Made by a program: the position numbers and the translations under genes
Assembly: GCA_937139565.1 (NCBI GenBank)
Contig: CAKZQH010000106.1
Span: 9,289-73,288 of the forward strand
DNA: 64,000 nucleotides
Direction of reading: 5' to 3'
Origin: an uncultured Nitrospiraceae bacterium
GTDB taxonomy: Bacteria > Nitrospirota > Thermodesulfovibrionia > Thermodesulfovibrionales > Thermodesulfovibrionaceae
The notes under the pieces: model-generated
The model's database searches: none
Told to the model about the DNA's origin: nothing
What the model saw: only the letters and a program-made list of their open reading frames with translations
In this document: in pieces, positions 10,019 to 20,387 of the stretch
Numbering within the stretch: the first letter of the stretch is position 1
Layout: the number at the start of each line of letters is the position of its first letter

Positions 10019-11539
10019 TTATTCAGCCATCCACTCTCTTAGCATTGCTACAACCTTTTTAGGATCATTTTTGGCTGCTTCTTTTATTTCATCTCGCAGG
10101 TCTCTTTCAGCGCTTATAGGAGGAGGAATAGCCTCTTCCGAGATTACAATTTCAGCGCCCTTTATTTTTTCCTCAACTGGTTTCTTGAGTATTTCAATTA
10201 AGGGTTTTATCACAAATAGAATTATGAGTAAAATGATAATTACAGGAATAAGGTATTTTAGAATAGTTTTTGCAAGTCCTAAGAGATCAATTGCTGGTTT
10301 TTCTTCAGGAGCAACCTCGAAGGGCATGCTTTCTACAATTACCTGGTCTCCTCTGTCTTTGTTATATCCCACTGCAGCCTGAACGAGTTCTTGATATTTT
10401 TTAATCTCTTCTTCAGTTCTTGGTGTAAATATTTTTTTGCCCTTTTCTTCTTTGTAGGTACCATCTACAAGCACAGCCACTGAAATTTTCTTTATCTGTC
10501 CTGTTGATTGTAAGATTTTACTTATGCTTTTACTTACCTCATAACTAATGCTTTCTTGCTGTTTCTGGGATTGAATATTTTGTTGAGTCTGGGCTGTCTG
10601 GGGTTGACCAGGCTGATTTGAGAGCACTCCAGGAATGCCTCCTGTCTGAGGTGCCATAGTTTTTTCCTGAGATCTCTGTTCATTTCTTATTGCAATTGTG
10701 TCTGGATCATATTTTTCTTCAAGTTTTTCAACCTTTGAGAAATCAATATCCGCTGACACTCTAACAATTGCCTTTCCCTTGCCAACAATATTTTCAAGCA
10801 TACTTTGAATATTTTTTTCATAGGTTTTTTCAATGTTTCTTTTGTACTCAATCTGAGAAGCCTCAACAACTTGCGTTGGATCACGAGGAGATGAAAGTAA
10901 GTTTCCATACTGGTCAACAACGGTTACATACTGAGGTGAAAGTCCCTCTACACTGCTTGAAACAAGATGAACAATGCTTGAGACCTGTTCCTTTGATAGA
11001 GCCCTTCCTGGCTTTAGTTTCAATACAACAGATGCTGTTGGATGGTCTTCTTTTTCTGTAAAGATAGTTTTTTCCGGTATAGCAATATGAACACGGACTT
11101 GATCAACCTCTTGTAGTTGCTTTATTGTTCTTGATAGTTCACCCTGTAAAGCCCTTATATAATTTACTCTTTGAGAAAACTCGGTAAGCCCAATGGAGGT
11201 TTTATCGAATATTTCAAAACCCACGCCACCACCAGAGGGTATTCCTTGAGAGGCAAGCTCCAATCTTAATTCATGGACCTTTTCTGAAGGCACATATATT
11301 GCATTATCTTTTACTTGATAGGGAATCTTTTTTTCTTTAAGTTTATTTATGACATTCCCGGCATCTTCAGCTGAGAGATTGCTGTAAAGAATCTGATAGT
11401 CCTGCTTTGGCAACCACAGAAGTAGGGTAAGCACAAGAGCAATAAGAATTAGAAATACTCCTGCGAGGGCTAATTTCTTTGTGTTCGGCCAACTTTTTAT
11501 ATTATCAATCGCAATTTTTAATCTGTCTGCTATTGCCAT
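10019..11539 (-). CDS. fliF: flagellar M-ring protein
   Basis: Two TMs, GVGFEIFD, RALQGELSRTI, PTASVVL, GGIPGVLSN. Confidence 0.97.
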   Translation of the reverse strand: MAIADRLKIAIDNIKSWPNTKKLALAGVFLILIALVLTLLLWLPKQDYQILYSNLSAEDAGNVINKLKEKKIPYQVKDNAIYVPSEKVHELRLELASQGIPSGGGVGFEIFDKTSIGLTEFSQRVNYIRALQGELSRTIKQLQEVDQVRVHIAIPEKTIFTEKEDHPTASVVLKLKPGRALSKEQVSSIVHLVSSSVEGLSPQYVTVVDQYGNLLSSPRDPTQVVEASQIEYKRNIEKTYEKNIQSMLENIVGKGKAIVRVSADIDFSKVEKLEEKYDPDTIAIRNEQRSQEKTMAPQTGGIPGVLSNQPGQPQTAQTQQNIQSQKQQESISYEVSKSISKILQSTGQIKKISVAVLVDGTYKEEKGKKIFTPRTEEEIKKYQELVQAAVGYNKDRGDQVIVESMPFEVAPEEKPAIDLLGLAKTILKYLIPVIIILLIILFVIKPLIEILKKPVEEKIKGAEIVISEEAIPPPISAERDLRDEIKEAAKNDPKKVVAMLREWMAE

Positions 11540-11545
11540 ACTGTA

Positions 11546-11842
11546 TTAAACCTGCATACGGGATATTTCTTCGTAAGCAGTAATAACCTTGTTTCTCACT
11601 TGAATGAGAGTCTGAAGAGTCATGTCAGCTTTTTCCATAGCTAAAACAACCTGATGAATACTAATTTCACCTTTTGAAAAATCTTCAATAGCTTTCTGAG
11701 CTTCCTGTTCAACCTTTGAGGCTTCTTTTATAGCATCTTTAAGAGCCTGCTCAAAGGATTCCTTTTCAGCTCCCTTTAGATTTTTCAAGTCTTCAAGGCT
11801 TCTACCTAAAAGCTCACTTATGTTTTTTATCTCTGTCATCAC
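11546..11842 (-). CDS. fliE: hook-basal body protein FliE
   Basis: IHQVVLAMEKADMTLQTLIQVRNKVITAYEEISRMQV. Confidence 0.95.
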   Translation of the reverse strand: MMTEIKNISELLGRSLEDLKNLKGAEKESFEQALKDAIKEASKVEQEAQKAIEDFSKGEISIHQVVLAMEKADMTLQTLIQVRNKVITAYEEISRMQV

Positions 11843-11848
11843 TTCCTC

Positions 11849-12256
11849 CTAAGCTTTAAGCAAATCTAAGGTTCTAAGAAACATCTCCTTATATGAGTTT
11901 ATCATAGTTAGGTTAGCTTCGTAAGCACGGGATGCTGAGATCATGTTTATCATCTCCTCCATAGGGTTTACATTTGGATATCTTACATAGCCATTTGGAT
12001 CTGCATCTGGATGAGATGGATCATAGACAATTCGAGGAGGTCTTTCATCTTCAATAATCTTTTGAACATCCACTCCCTGGGAAATCTTATCATATATGTA
12101 GGTTATAAAAACCACATCCTTTCTTTTGTAAGGTCCTCCCTCAGGAGTTCTGGTCGAGTTTATATTAGCAAGATTGGATGCAATAACATTTAATCTTATT
12201 TTTTGTGCCTCAAGGCCTGTTGCAGAAACCCTAAGAGGAAGAAGGATGTCTTTCAT
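11849..12256 (-). CDS. flgC: basal-body rod protein FlgC
   Basis: NLANINSTRTPEGGPYKRK, YDPSHPDAD, PNVNPMEEM. Confidence 0.97.
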   Translation of the reverse strand: MKDILLPLRVSATGLEAQKIRLNVIASNLANINSTRTPEGGPYKRKDVVFITYIYDKISQGVDVQKIIEDERPPRIVYDPSHPDADPNGYVRYPNVNPMEEMINMISASRAYEANLTMINSYKEMFLRTLDLLKA

Positions 12257-12591
12257 TATCTACCTCCTTTTATAGCATCTTTATACATCGTGATTCTCTT
12301 TGAAAGTAATTGCACAGAACTGTTAAACATAAGTAATGTTTCCGTGAGCTTTGTCATTTCAACTTCAATATTCACTGTGTTTCCATCTCGGTTTGGCATT
12401 GTTGTTGGTGCTTCAATTACAGTGTAAGTACTGCTGCTGCCTTCATCAGCTTTTTTTAATTCCTCTTGAAAATTAATGTCTTTTGCTTTGTAGTTTGGTG
12501 TGTCAGCATTTGCTATGTTTGAGGCAAGAATTTTTTGCCTATAGGAACATATGTCCATTATTTTTGAAAGAAGTTTTATTGAGTTATCCAT
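12256..12591 (-). CDS. flgB: basal-body rod protein FlgB
   Basis: SNIANADTPNYKAKDI, RDGNTVNIEVEM. Confidence 0.95.
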   Translation of the reverse strand: MDNSIKLLSKIMDICSYRQKILASNIANADTPNYKAKDINFQEELKKADEGSSSTYTVIEAPTTMPNRDGNTVNIEVEMTKLTETLLMFNSSVQLLSKRITMYKDAIKGGR

Positions 12592-12617
12592 ATTTTTTTA
12601 CCTCCATTAAAAATAAA

Positions 12618-12633
12618 AGCAAATAATGTGCCA
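12618..12633 (-). promoter_or_regulatory. sigma54 promoter of the flgB operon
   Basis: Minus strand TGGCAC-ATTAT-TTGCT, a perfect -24/-12 consensus, followed by GGAGG SD and the flgB ATG. Confidence 0.88.
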
Positions 12634-13908
12634 CTATATATCTTTTAGGTCGAATTCTTTTATCTTATTTCTCAAGGTTCTAACGCTTATTCCAAGAATT
12701 TTTGCAGCTTTTGTCCGATTCCCTTGTGTTTTCTTTAGAGCCTCAATTATCAAGTCCCTTTCGGCATCTTTGATTTTTCCACCTTTAATAATCTTATTTT
12801 CCTCCATTAAAGGAACCACATCCTCTTGAGGTCTCAATATTCCATCTTGACTTAAAACAGATAATCTATATATAAAGTTTTCTAATTCTCTGACATTTCC
12901 GGGCCATGATTTTTCAAGGAGATATTTTTTCATTTCAGGGCTAAGTGTGAGTTCCTTTGACATTTTATTGGAAAGTCTTTTTAAGAAAAATTCTGCAAGA
13001 GGAATTATATCTTCTATTCTTTCTCTTAAAGGAGGTATTCTCAGAGGAAAAACATTTATCCTATAAAACAAATCCTCTCTAAAATTCCCTTTTTTTACTT
13101 CCTCTGCAAGGTCTCTATTGGTGGTTGCAATAATTCTTACATCAACTTTTATGGGTTTTGTGCCTCCAACTCGGTCAATTTCTTTTTCCTGAATAACCCT
13201 GAGAAGTTTAGCCTGTAGTCTGAATGCCATTTCACTTATTTCATCGAGGAGAATAGTGCCTTTATTAGCCAGTTCAAATTTGCCCAATTTTCTCTCAGTG
13301 GCTCCTGTAAATGCTCCTTTTTCATGACCAAAAAGCTCTGCTTCAAGAAGAGTTTCTGTGATGGCAGCACAATTAATTGCTACAAATGGATTATTGGCTC
13401 TTGTACTGTGTTTGTGTATGTATCTTGCGATAACTTCTTTTCCAACTCCACTTTCACCAGTAATAAGAACAGTAATGTCTGTTTTTGCTATCTCCCTTGC
13501 AATTTCAAAAATTCTCCTCATTTCCTTTGACTGAGCTACTATTCCTTCTTCATCTGGCATTAATCTTTGAACGAGGGTTTTAAGGGTGTCAATGGAAAAG
13601 GGTTTCATAATATAATCCACTGCACCAAGCTTCATTGCTTGCACTGCATCTTGAATGTTTCCATAGCCTGTGATAACTATCACAGGAGTGAAAATCCCTT
13701 TTTTTCTTATCTCTGCAAGTAATTGAATTCCATCCATTTTAGGCATTTTTACATCAGTAATAATAAGTGAGAAACCATTTAGATTAAAATTAGAAAGAAC
13801 TTGTAAAGGGTCTCTGCAGTATTCAGCATTGAATCCGAGTCTTGTCATGCCCTCTTTGAGAGCAAAACCCATATCAGGTTCGTCATCTATTATTAAAACA
13901 GATTTCAT
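12634..13908 (-). CDS. sigma54-dependent response regulator, FleR/FlrC-like
   Basis: REC domain (IIDDE, TDVKMP), GESGVGKE, GAFTGA, C-terminal HTH; paired with the kinase in the flagellar cluster. Confidence 0.9.
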   Translation of the reverse strand: MKSVLIIDDEPDMGFALKEGMTRLGFNAEYCRDPLQVLSNFNLNGFSLIITDVKMPKMDGIQLLAEIRKKGIFTPVIVITGYGNIQDAVQAMKLGAVDYIMKPFSIDTLKTLVQRLMPDEEGIVAQSKEMRRIFEIAREIAKTDITVLITGESGVGKEVIARYIHKHSTRANNPFVAINCAAITETLLEAELFGHEKGAFTGATERKLGKFELANKGTILLDEISEMAFRLQAKLLRVIQEKEIDRVGGTKPIKVDVRIIATTNRDLAEEVKKGNFREDLFYRINVFPLRIPPLRERIEDIIPLAEFFLKRLSNKMSKELTLSPEMKKYLLEKSWPGNVRELENFIYRLSVLSQDGILRPQEDVVPLMEENKIIKGGKIKDAERDLIIEALKKTQGNRTKAAKILGISVRTLRNKIKEFDLKDI

Positions 13909-14993
13909 TCTATTGGAAGATATATAGCAAACTCTGTGCCTTTGTTGGTTTGGCTTTTTACTTCTATTCTACCACCATGGGCAGATACAATGGAATTTGT
14001 GATACTTAGGCCAAGACCTGTGCCTCTGTCTTTAGTAGAAAAAAAAGGATCAAAAATTTTTTCTATTATATCCCTGTCAATTCCTTGACCACTATCTATG
14101 ACAGAAATTACTACAAAATTTTGTTTACGATTTACCTTTAACTTTAGAACACCTCCATCAGGCATTGCCTGATATGCATTTATCATGAGATTTATGAGGG
14201 CTTGCCTTAAAAGAGCGGGATCGACCTTTGCAGATATATTGTCTCGAATGCTCACTTTGAGCTCAATCCCTATTTTGCCAAATACTTCTTTGAACTCTTC
14301 TACAAGTTCTGAAATTAAATCTTTAATGGAAACTAAGTCTTTCTTGGGTGTAATCCCTCGAGTAAAACTGAGCATATTCTCTAAAGTGTTTCTAAGCATT
14401 CGAACAGAATTTGAAATTCTTCTGGCATATTCTCCGTGAACACTATCTTTCAAATCTTCTGATATCATACCTGCAAAAAGTTCAATGCTTCCAAGAGGAT
14501 TTCTTATTTCGTGGGCAATTTTCATGACAAGTGAGCCCATTGCAGTCAGCCTTCGATTTCTCTCATTTTCAGTCTCAAGTTCTTTTATTCTCGTTATATC
14601 CTTACATAGGAAAACCTCACCAATTTTATTTCCCTCTGAATCAAGAACCTCTGAAGTTGAAACTATGGCATAAAAGGAAGGAGAATTATTAGGTATAATT
14701 AGATCATTTTCTATTTTTATGGGAAGCTCTTTTTTACCTATGATTTCTTCTCCTTTTACATTGAAGAGGGTTTCCCCTGCTTTGTTGATCAGTCTTATCA
14801 CTCCTTCTCCGTCAAAAAAAACAACAGCAATGTCAATGCTTTCAATTATGCTGCTAAGTAGTCTTTTTTTCTGGTCAACTTCCTCAGTGAGAAGTTTGAT
14901 TTTGTTTTCAAGGACATTATAGTATTTAATGAGAGCTTCAGAAGCAGTATTAATTTTTAAAAGGGCTTCACTTAAAAGTTCTTCCTTTTTCAT
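13905..14993 (-). CDS. PAS sensor histidine kinase, FleS/FlrB-like
   Basis: IAHEIRNPLGSIELFA H-box, DSGQGI, PFFSTK, GTGLGL; no TM. Confidence 0.9.
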   Translation of the reverse strand: MKKEELLSEALLKINTASEALIKYYNVLENKIKLLTEEVDQKKRLLSSIIESIDIAVVFFDGEGVIRLINKAGETLFNVKGEEIIGKKELPIKIENDLIIPNNSPSFYAIVSTSEVLDSEGNKIGEVFLCKDITRIKELETENERNRRLTAMGSLVMKIAHEIRNPLGSIELFAGMISEDLKDSVHGEYARRISNSVRMLRNTLENMLSFTRGITPKKDLVSIKDLISELVEEFKEVFGKIGIELKVSIRDNISAKVDPALLRQALINLMINAYQAMPDGGVLKLKVNRKQNFVVISVIDSGQGIDRDIIEKIFDPFFSTKDRGTGLGLSITNSIVSAHGGRIEVKSQTNKGTEFAIYLPIE

Positions 14994-16585
14994 AGTTTTT
15001 CAAGTATTGCCTTTGCTGCTTCTGCTAACTCACCTTTGGAGGCAGCTACTTTTTCAAGATAGGTTTTATCCTTCGTAATTTTACCGTATTGATAGTAAAC
15101 CCACATAAGAGTATTAGAGTCGGTTATTCCGATATCTATAGCCTTTTTGTAGTATAGGACTGCTTCTTTGGTTTTGCCTAAAAGGAAAAAATAATCTGCA
15201 GACTTAACTGAAGCATCGGAATTTCCGAGCTGAGAGGCCTTAATCCAGTGTTTAAGAGCTTTTTGCCTGTCTCCATGAGAGTATTCTAAATTTCCAAGCA
15301 AAACTAATGTATCGGTATCTTTGATAGATTTTTCAGCCTTTCTCAAGCTCTGTAATGCTGAAAGTTTGTGACCTTCTTTATCTAAGATATGGGCATAAAG
15401 AGAGAGTGCTTCTGGTTTTTTATCTTTTAATGGTTCAAGGAGTTTTTTGGCCTCTTCGTATTTTCCTTCTTTAATTAAAATGTGAGAATAGGGCAAGACT
15501 GCCTCAGCTTTTCTTGGACCTGTTTGGACTTTTTTAAGAAGATTTTTGGCTTCTTTTAGATTATTGTTTGAAATGAGAAAGTTTGCTGATTCAATAAGCA
15601 AATAGGAGTCTGGAGGTAAAAAGGGATAAATTTTAGATATATAAATTGGTGCCTTTTCTGGAGCTTCTCCAATTACTTTTTTGATAAATTCTTCCATTTT
15701 ACTATTTTTAAGATTTTTGTCCCTAAGAATAAAAACCATTTTAATAGCCTCTTCATAGTTTTTTTGATTTAAATATATGTTGTACAGATTTAACCGAAAA
15801 TCATCTGTAGGAATGTAAAAGTAGATTTCTTTTCCAATTTTAATAGCTTCCTCAGTTTTATTTTGGTTTTGATAGATATCAAAGAGTAATCTTTTTGCCC
15901 TAATAACATCTGCAAGTTTTGTAGTTCTTTCAATGAATTTTTTCAAAGTGGCTTCTGCATCTTCATATTTTCCAGCCTTGTACAGGATCTCAGCTTTATC
16001 AAGGTCATAGGCAGGCTTCTTTAGTTTGAAATTTAAATTAAACTCCTTTAAAGCCTCGTTAGCTCTGCCTGTCAGGGTTAGATATTTTATTCTGAGAAGT
16101 GCTACTTCAGGATCCTGAAAGTCCTTTTTGTCGAGCGTTGATAAAATGGTATCAACGGTTTTTAAATCACCCTTTCCTAAGGCAATCCATGCTTTTCCTA
16201 TCATGGCCTTTTTCTCAAAGGGAGCTTGCACTTTGTTTAGATACTCCTCTGCTTCCTTGATCCTTCCCACTTTTAAAAGGGAAAGTCCCATATAAAGATT
16301 TGCTTCATTTACTTGAGGTGAATTCTTAAAGTCTCGAAGAAGTCTTTTTAAAGGGACAGTGGCTTCATAGTAATTTCCAAGTCCATATTCAGCCTTTGCA
16401 AGCCCAAGTAAAGCCTGTGGTGCAAGAGATGGGTTTTCGGTATTTCTTTGAAAAATCTCCTTTGCTTTGAGATAATTTTCAATCTTCAAGTAGTCTTCAG
16501 CCACCTTCATTGGGTCAGATGCAAAGGAGAGGCTGTATAGAAAGAATAGAGACATCAAAAGGTAAAGGGATAAAATTTTTTTCAT
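14990..16585 (-). CDS. exported tetratricopeptide-repeat protein
   Basis: Signal-peptide-like MKKILSLYLLMSLFFLYSLSFA from ATG 16585; repeated A/Y-rich helical TPR pattern. Confidence 0.75.
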   Translation of the reverse strand: MKKILSLYLLMSLFFLYSLSFASDPMKVAEDYLKIENYLKAKEIFQRNTENPSLAPQALLGLAKAEYGLGNYYEATVPLKRLLRDFKNSPQVNEANLYMGLSLLKVGRIKEAEEYLNKVQAPFEKKAMIGKAWIALGKGDLKTVDTILSTLDKKDFQDPEVALLRIKYLTLTGRANEALKEFNLNFKLKKPAYDLDKAEILYKAGKYEDAEATLKKFIERTTKLADVIRAKRLLFDIYQNQNKTEEAIKIGKEIYFYIPTDDFRLNLYNIYLNQKNYEEAIKMVFILRDKNLKNSKMEEFIKKVIGEAPEKAPIYISKIYPFLPPDSYLLIESANFLISNNNLKEAKNLLKKVQTGPRKAEAVLPYSHILIKEGKYEEAKKLLEPLKDKKPEALSLYAHILDKEGHKLSALQSLRKAEKSIKDTDTLVLLGNLEYSHGDRQKALKHWIKASQLGNSDASVKSADYFFLLGKTKEAVLYYKKAIDIGITDSNTLMWVYYQYGKITKDKTYLEKVAASKGELAEAAKAILEKL

Positions 16586-16607
16586 GTTAAATATAAGAAT
16601 ATAAGAC

Positions 16608-17609
16608 CTAAAAAATTTGCTCATCGGTTTTTTCGTTATCTTTAATGCCCAATCTTTTCATTTTTTCAATAAGAGTGGTTCTATTGATGTTTAGATATTT
16701 TGCCGCTCTGCTCTTAACCCATCCGTGAAGATTTAAAGAGTGTAGTATAAGTTTTTTTTCGTACTCTCTTAATACCTCATTTAAATCTATGCCCGAACTA
16801 AGAGGATTAAGGTCCTCTGGAATTAATTCCCTTGAAAAGGAATTTTCACCATAGCGAATCTTCTCTGGAATAGATTCAATATCAACCACCTCTCCGTCAC
16901 TTAGAACATATAATCTTTCGATAGTATTTTCAAGTTCTCTAACATTTCCCGGCCAGGAATAGTTTAAGAAAAGTTCCATAACAGAGGAAGTTAGTTTGAG
17001 TTTATATGCAAAATTTTGAGAAAACTTTTCAACAAAGTATTCACAGAGGGGAATTAGGTCTTCCTTTCTCTCCCGAAGAGGCGGAATGATAACTGGCACA
17101 ACATTTAATCGCCAGAAAAGATCTTCTCTAAATCTTCCTTCTTTTACTTCGTTTTCTAAGTTTTTATTGGTAGCTGCAATAATTCTCACATCAACTTTAA
17201 TTGGCCGTGTTCCACCAATTCTTTCGAAAGCTCTTTCTTGAATAACCCTTAAAATTTTCACCTGAAGATGAAGAGGCATATCGCCTATTTCATCTAAAAA
17301 AATTGTTCCTTCGTTTGCAAGTTCAAATCTACCAGGCCTTGAGAAACTTGCACCAGTAAAGGCTCCCTTTTCATGTCCAAAAAGTTCTGACTCAAGAAGC
17401 TCAGAAGGAATTGCAGCACAGTTCACAGGAATAAAGGGTTTCTTTGAGCGAGGGCTTTTGAGATGAATCATTTTTGCAACCAGTTCTTTTCCCGTCCCTG
17501 ATTCTCCCATTATTAGAGCAGTACTATTTGTTTTGGCTAATCTATCAATAAGGGCATGAATTTTTTGAATCTGAGGAGAATTTCCAATAATCACTATATC
17601 CTTTTGCAT
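16608..17609 (-). CDS. sigma54 enhancer-binding protein without N-terminal regulatory domain (FleQ/FlrA-like)
   Basis: Begins at IIGNSPQI, GESGTGKE, GAFTGA, FLDEIGD, HTH; heads the flagellar regulatory cluster. Confidence 0.88.
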   Translation of the reverse strand: MQKDIVIIGNSPQIQKIHALIDRLAKTNSTALIMGESGTGKELVAKMIHLKSPRSKKPFIPVNCAAIPSELLESELFGHEKGAFTGASFSRPGRFELANEGTIFLDEIGDMPLHLQVKILRVIQERAFERIGGTRPIKVDVRIIAATNKNLENEVKEGRFREDLFWRLNVVPVIIPPLRERKEDLIPLCEYFVEKFSQNFAYKLKLTSSVMELFLNYSWPGNVRELENTIERLYVLSDGEVVDIESIPEKIRYGENSFSRELIPEDLNPLSSGIDLNEVLREYEKKLILHSLNLHGWVKSRAAKYLNINRTTLIEKMKRLGIKDNEKTDEQIF

Positions 17610-17629
17610 ATGTCATAAATATGACATAT
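17608..17629. promoter_or_regulatory. palindromic operator at the fleQ-like start
   Basis: ATATGTCAT-AAAT-ATGACATAT perfect inverted repeat overlapping the start codon and likely -10 region. Confidence 0.6.
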
Positions 17630-17863
17630 AGAGAGATAAAATTTCAATCTCATCTATGCCTTAAAAATAAGTTAAAGAATTATCAAAATTTGACAATTTA
17701 GTAAGTATTTTTTGTCATAAATCTTTTAATAAACAAACAATACAAAAATCGTAGATAAAAAAGAGAAAATTAATAAAAAATGGCAATATTTGGCAAAAAA
17801 AGCTAAAAATAAGAAAAAGAAAACTTTATTTGTTCTTGATTGAAACAGCAGAATAAAGTTATA

Positions 17864-17890
17864 TTAGCACTCAGTTAGGGTAGTTGCTAA
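17864..17890 (+). promoter_or_regulatory. degenerate CIRCE (HrcA operator)
   Basis: TTAGCACTC-N9-AGTTGCTAA (consensus right arm GAGTGCTAA) upstream of groES. Confidence 0.75.
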
Positions 17891-17924
17891 CAACAAAAAA
17901 ATAAAAATTAAAAGGAGGGAGGCT

Positions 17925-18191
17925 ATGAAGATTAAGCCACTTAAAGACAGAGTAGTTGTAAAGTATTCAGCAGAGGAACTCGAGAAAACTCCTGGTGGTA
18001 TTTATGTGCCTGATGTTGCTAAGGAGAAGCCACAAAGAGGCACCGTGATGGAGATTGGTTCTGAGGTGAAGGAAGTAAAAGTGGGTGACACTGTGCTTTT
18101 CGATAAGTATGCTGGTTCAAAGATTAAGATTGATGACGTAGAGTACCTGATCATCAAAGAAGAGGAAATTTTAGGTATTGTAGAAAAATAA
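17925..18191 (+). CDS. groES: co-chaperonin GroES
   Basis: [36 protein letters not shown]. Confidence 0.98.
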   Translation: MKIKPLKDRVVVKYSAEELEKTPGGIYVPDVAKEKPQRGTVMEIGSEVKEVKVGDTVLFDKYAGSKIKIDDVEYLIIKEEEILGIVEK

Positions 18192-18213
18192 AAAATTATA
18201 AGGAGGGAATCAT

Positions 18214-19836
18214 ATGGCAGCAAAGCAGTTAATATTTGGTGATGGAGCAAGACAGGCAGTTCTTAAAGGTGTAACTATTCTTACAGATGCTGTGAAAGCC
18301 ACATTGGGACCAAGAGGTAGAAATGTGGTTATTGAGAGAAAATTCGGCTCTCCCAATGTAACAAAGGATGGAGTAACTGTTGCAAAAGAGATAGACCTCA
18401 AAGATCCCTTTGAAAATATGGGTGCTCAGCTTGTTCGTGAAGTTGCATCCAAGACTTCAGATGTGGCTGGTGATGGTACAACAACAGCAACTGTTCTTGC
18501 CTATGCAATTTACAAAGAAGGCCTTAAGTATGTTTCAGCTGGTGCAAATTCAATGGATCTAAAAAGAGGTATTGAAAAAGCAGTTGAGGCAGTTGTCGAA
18601 GAGCTTAAGAAGATTTCTAAGCCAGTAGCAGATAAAAAAGAGATTGCACAGGTAGGAACAATATCAGCTAACAATGATTCATCAATCGGTGAACTTATTG
18701 CAGAGGCTATGGATAAAGTTGGAAAAGATGGCGTAATTACCGTTGAAGAGGCTAAGGGAATGGCAACAACCCTTGACATTGTCGAGGGTATGCAGTTTGA
18801 CCGTGGCTATATATCTCCTTACTTTATTACTGATGCTGAGAGACTTGAATGCATTCTTGAAGATGCCTTTGTGCTCATTCACGATAAGAAAATTTCAAGC
18901 ATGAAGGACCTTCTCTCTATTCTTGAGCAGATTGCGAGAATGGGAAGACCTCTTCTCATAATTGCAGAGGATGTGGAAGGAGAAGCTCTTGCCACATTAG
19001 TCGTAAATAAGCTTCGTGGTGTTCTTCAGGTTTGCGCTGTCAAGGCACCTGGCTTTGGAGAGAGAAGAAAGGCAATGCTCGAAGATATAGCAATTCTCAC
19101 AGGTGGAACAGTTATTTCAGAAGATATAGGTCTTAAGCTTGAAAATGTAAAGATTGAGGATCTTGGAAAAGCAAGAAAAATTATTGTTGACAAAGATAAT
19201 ACAACAATAGTAGAAGGTGCTGGAGATCCACAGAAAATCCAGGCAAGAATCAAACAAATAAAAGTTCAAATTGATGAGACCACCTCTGACTATGACAGAG
19301 AGAAACTTCAGGAAAGACTTGCAAAACTTGCAGGTGGTGTTGCGAGAATAAATGTTGGTGCAGCTACTGAAGCAGAGATGAAAGAGAAAAAGGCAAGAGT
19401 TGAAGATGCCTTAAATGCTACAAGGGCTGCTGTAGAGGAAGGAATTGTGCCTGGTGGAGGAGTTGCTCTGTTGAGATGTCAGAAAGCTTTAAAAGGCCTT
19501 AAACTTGAAAATCATGATCAACAACTCGGTGTTGAAATAGTTAAAAAAGCCCTTGAGGAGCCAATCAAGCAGATAATTGCCAATGCTGGTGTAGAGGCTA
19601 CATTAATTGTAGAAAAAGTTAAGGAAAACAAGAATGTAAACTACGGCTATGATGCCTATGCAGAGAAATTTGTGGATATGATGGAGGCTGGAATTATAGA
19701 TCCTACCAAGGTTACAAGAACAGCCCTTCAGAATGCAGCATCAGTTGCAGGTCTGATGCTTACCACAGAGGTTCTTGTAGCCGAAATTCCTGAGGAGGAA
19801 AAGAAGCCTCCAATGCCATCACCTGACATGTACTAA
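18214..19836 (+). CDS. groEL: chaperonin GroEL
   Basis: [45 protein letters not shown]. Confidence 0.99.
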   Translation: MAAKQLIFGDGARQAVLKGVTILTDAVKATLGPRGRNVVIERKFGSPNVTKDGVTVAKEIDLKDPFENMGAQLVREVASKTSDVAGDGTTTATVLAYAIYKEGLKYVSAGANSMDLKRGIEKAVEAVVEELKKISKPVADKKEIAQVGTISANNDSSIGELIAEAMDKVGKDGVITVEEAKGMATTLDIVEGMQFDRGYISPYFITDAERLECILEDAFVLIHDKKISSMKDLLSILEQIARMGRPLLIIAEDVEGEALATLVVNKLRGVLQVCAVKAPGFGERRKAMLEDIAILTGGTVISEDIGLKLENVKIEDLGKARKIIVDKDNTTIVEGAGDPQKIQARIKQIKVQIDETTSDYDREKLQERLAKLAGGVARINVGAATEAEMKEKKARVEDALNATRAAVEEGIVPGGGVALLRCQKALKGLKLENHDQQLGVEIVKKALEEPIKQIIANAGVEATLIVEKVKENKNVNYGYDAYAEKFVDMMEAGIIDPTKVTRTALQNAASVAGLMLTTEVLVAEIPEEEKKPPMPSPDMY

Positions 19837-19860
19837 AAATTAAAAGCGAAAAATTTTAAA

Positions 19861-19889
19861 GAGGGCAGTTTAAACTGCCCTCTTTTTTT
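19861..19889 (+). terminator. rho-independent terminator of groESL
   Basis: GAGGGCAG-TTTAAA-CTGCCCTC followed by T7. Confidence 0.92.
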
Positions 19890-19934
19890 CTATTCATGAT
19901 GACATGAAAAAATTAATTTCTTTAAAATATCAGA

Positions 19935-20387
19935 ATGAGCAAAATTATTGTGGACGGATATAATCTTATTGGTATTGCCCATCAAGATTTGAAGAGAGCG
20001 AGAGAGGAAATCATTAAGCAACTCATAGAATACAAAAAGAAAAAGGGTTATGAAATTACCCTTGTTTTTGACGGTCACATAGGAGGGTTAGGCAGAGAAA
20101 CTATTGAATATGTTGGTGGTATAAAAATAATTTACTCTGCCTTAGGCGAAAGAGCTGACGATGTGATAAAAAAAATAATTCAAAAGGATAAAAGCTTCTG
20201 GATTGTAATAAGTTCTGATAAAGAGATAGAAAAAGCTGCCTGGAGAGAAAATTGTGTTGCCATTAATTCAGAGACCTTTTTAGATATTTTGAATGGAGAG
20301 TTTTATTATTGTGAAAGACCAAAGGGTATCACACTGTCAAAAAAACAAAAGGCCATACAGCGCGTAATAATGAAGCTAATATGTTGA
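19935..20387 (+). CDS. NYN-domain (YacP-like) ribonuclease
   Basis: IIVDGYNLI, LVFDG, ERADDVI, VISSDKEI. Confidence 0.85.
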   Translation: MSKIIVDGYNLIGIAHQDLKRAREEIIKQLIEYKKKKGYEITLVFDGHIGGLGRETIEYVGGIKIIYSALGERADDVIKKIIQKDKSFWIVISSDKEIEKAAWRENCVAINSETFLDILNGEFYYCERPKGITLSKKQKAIQRVIMKLIC

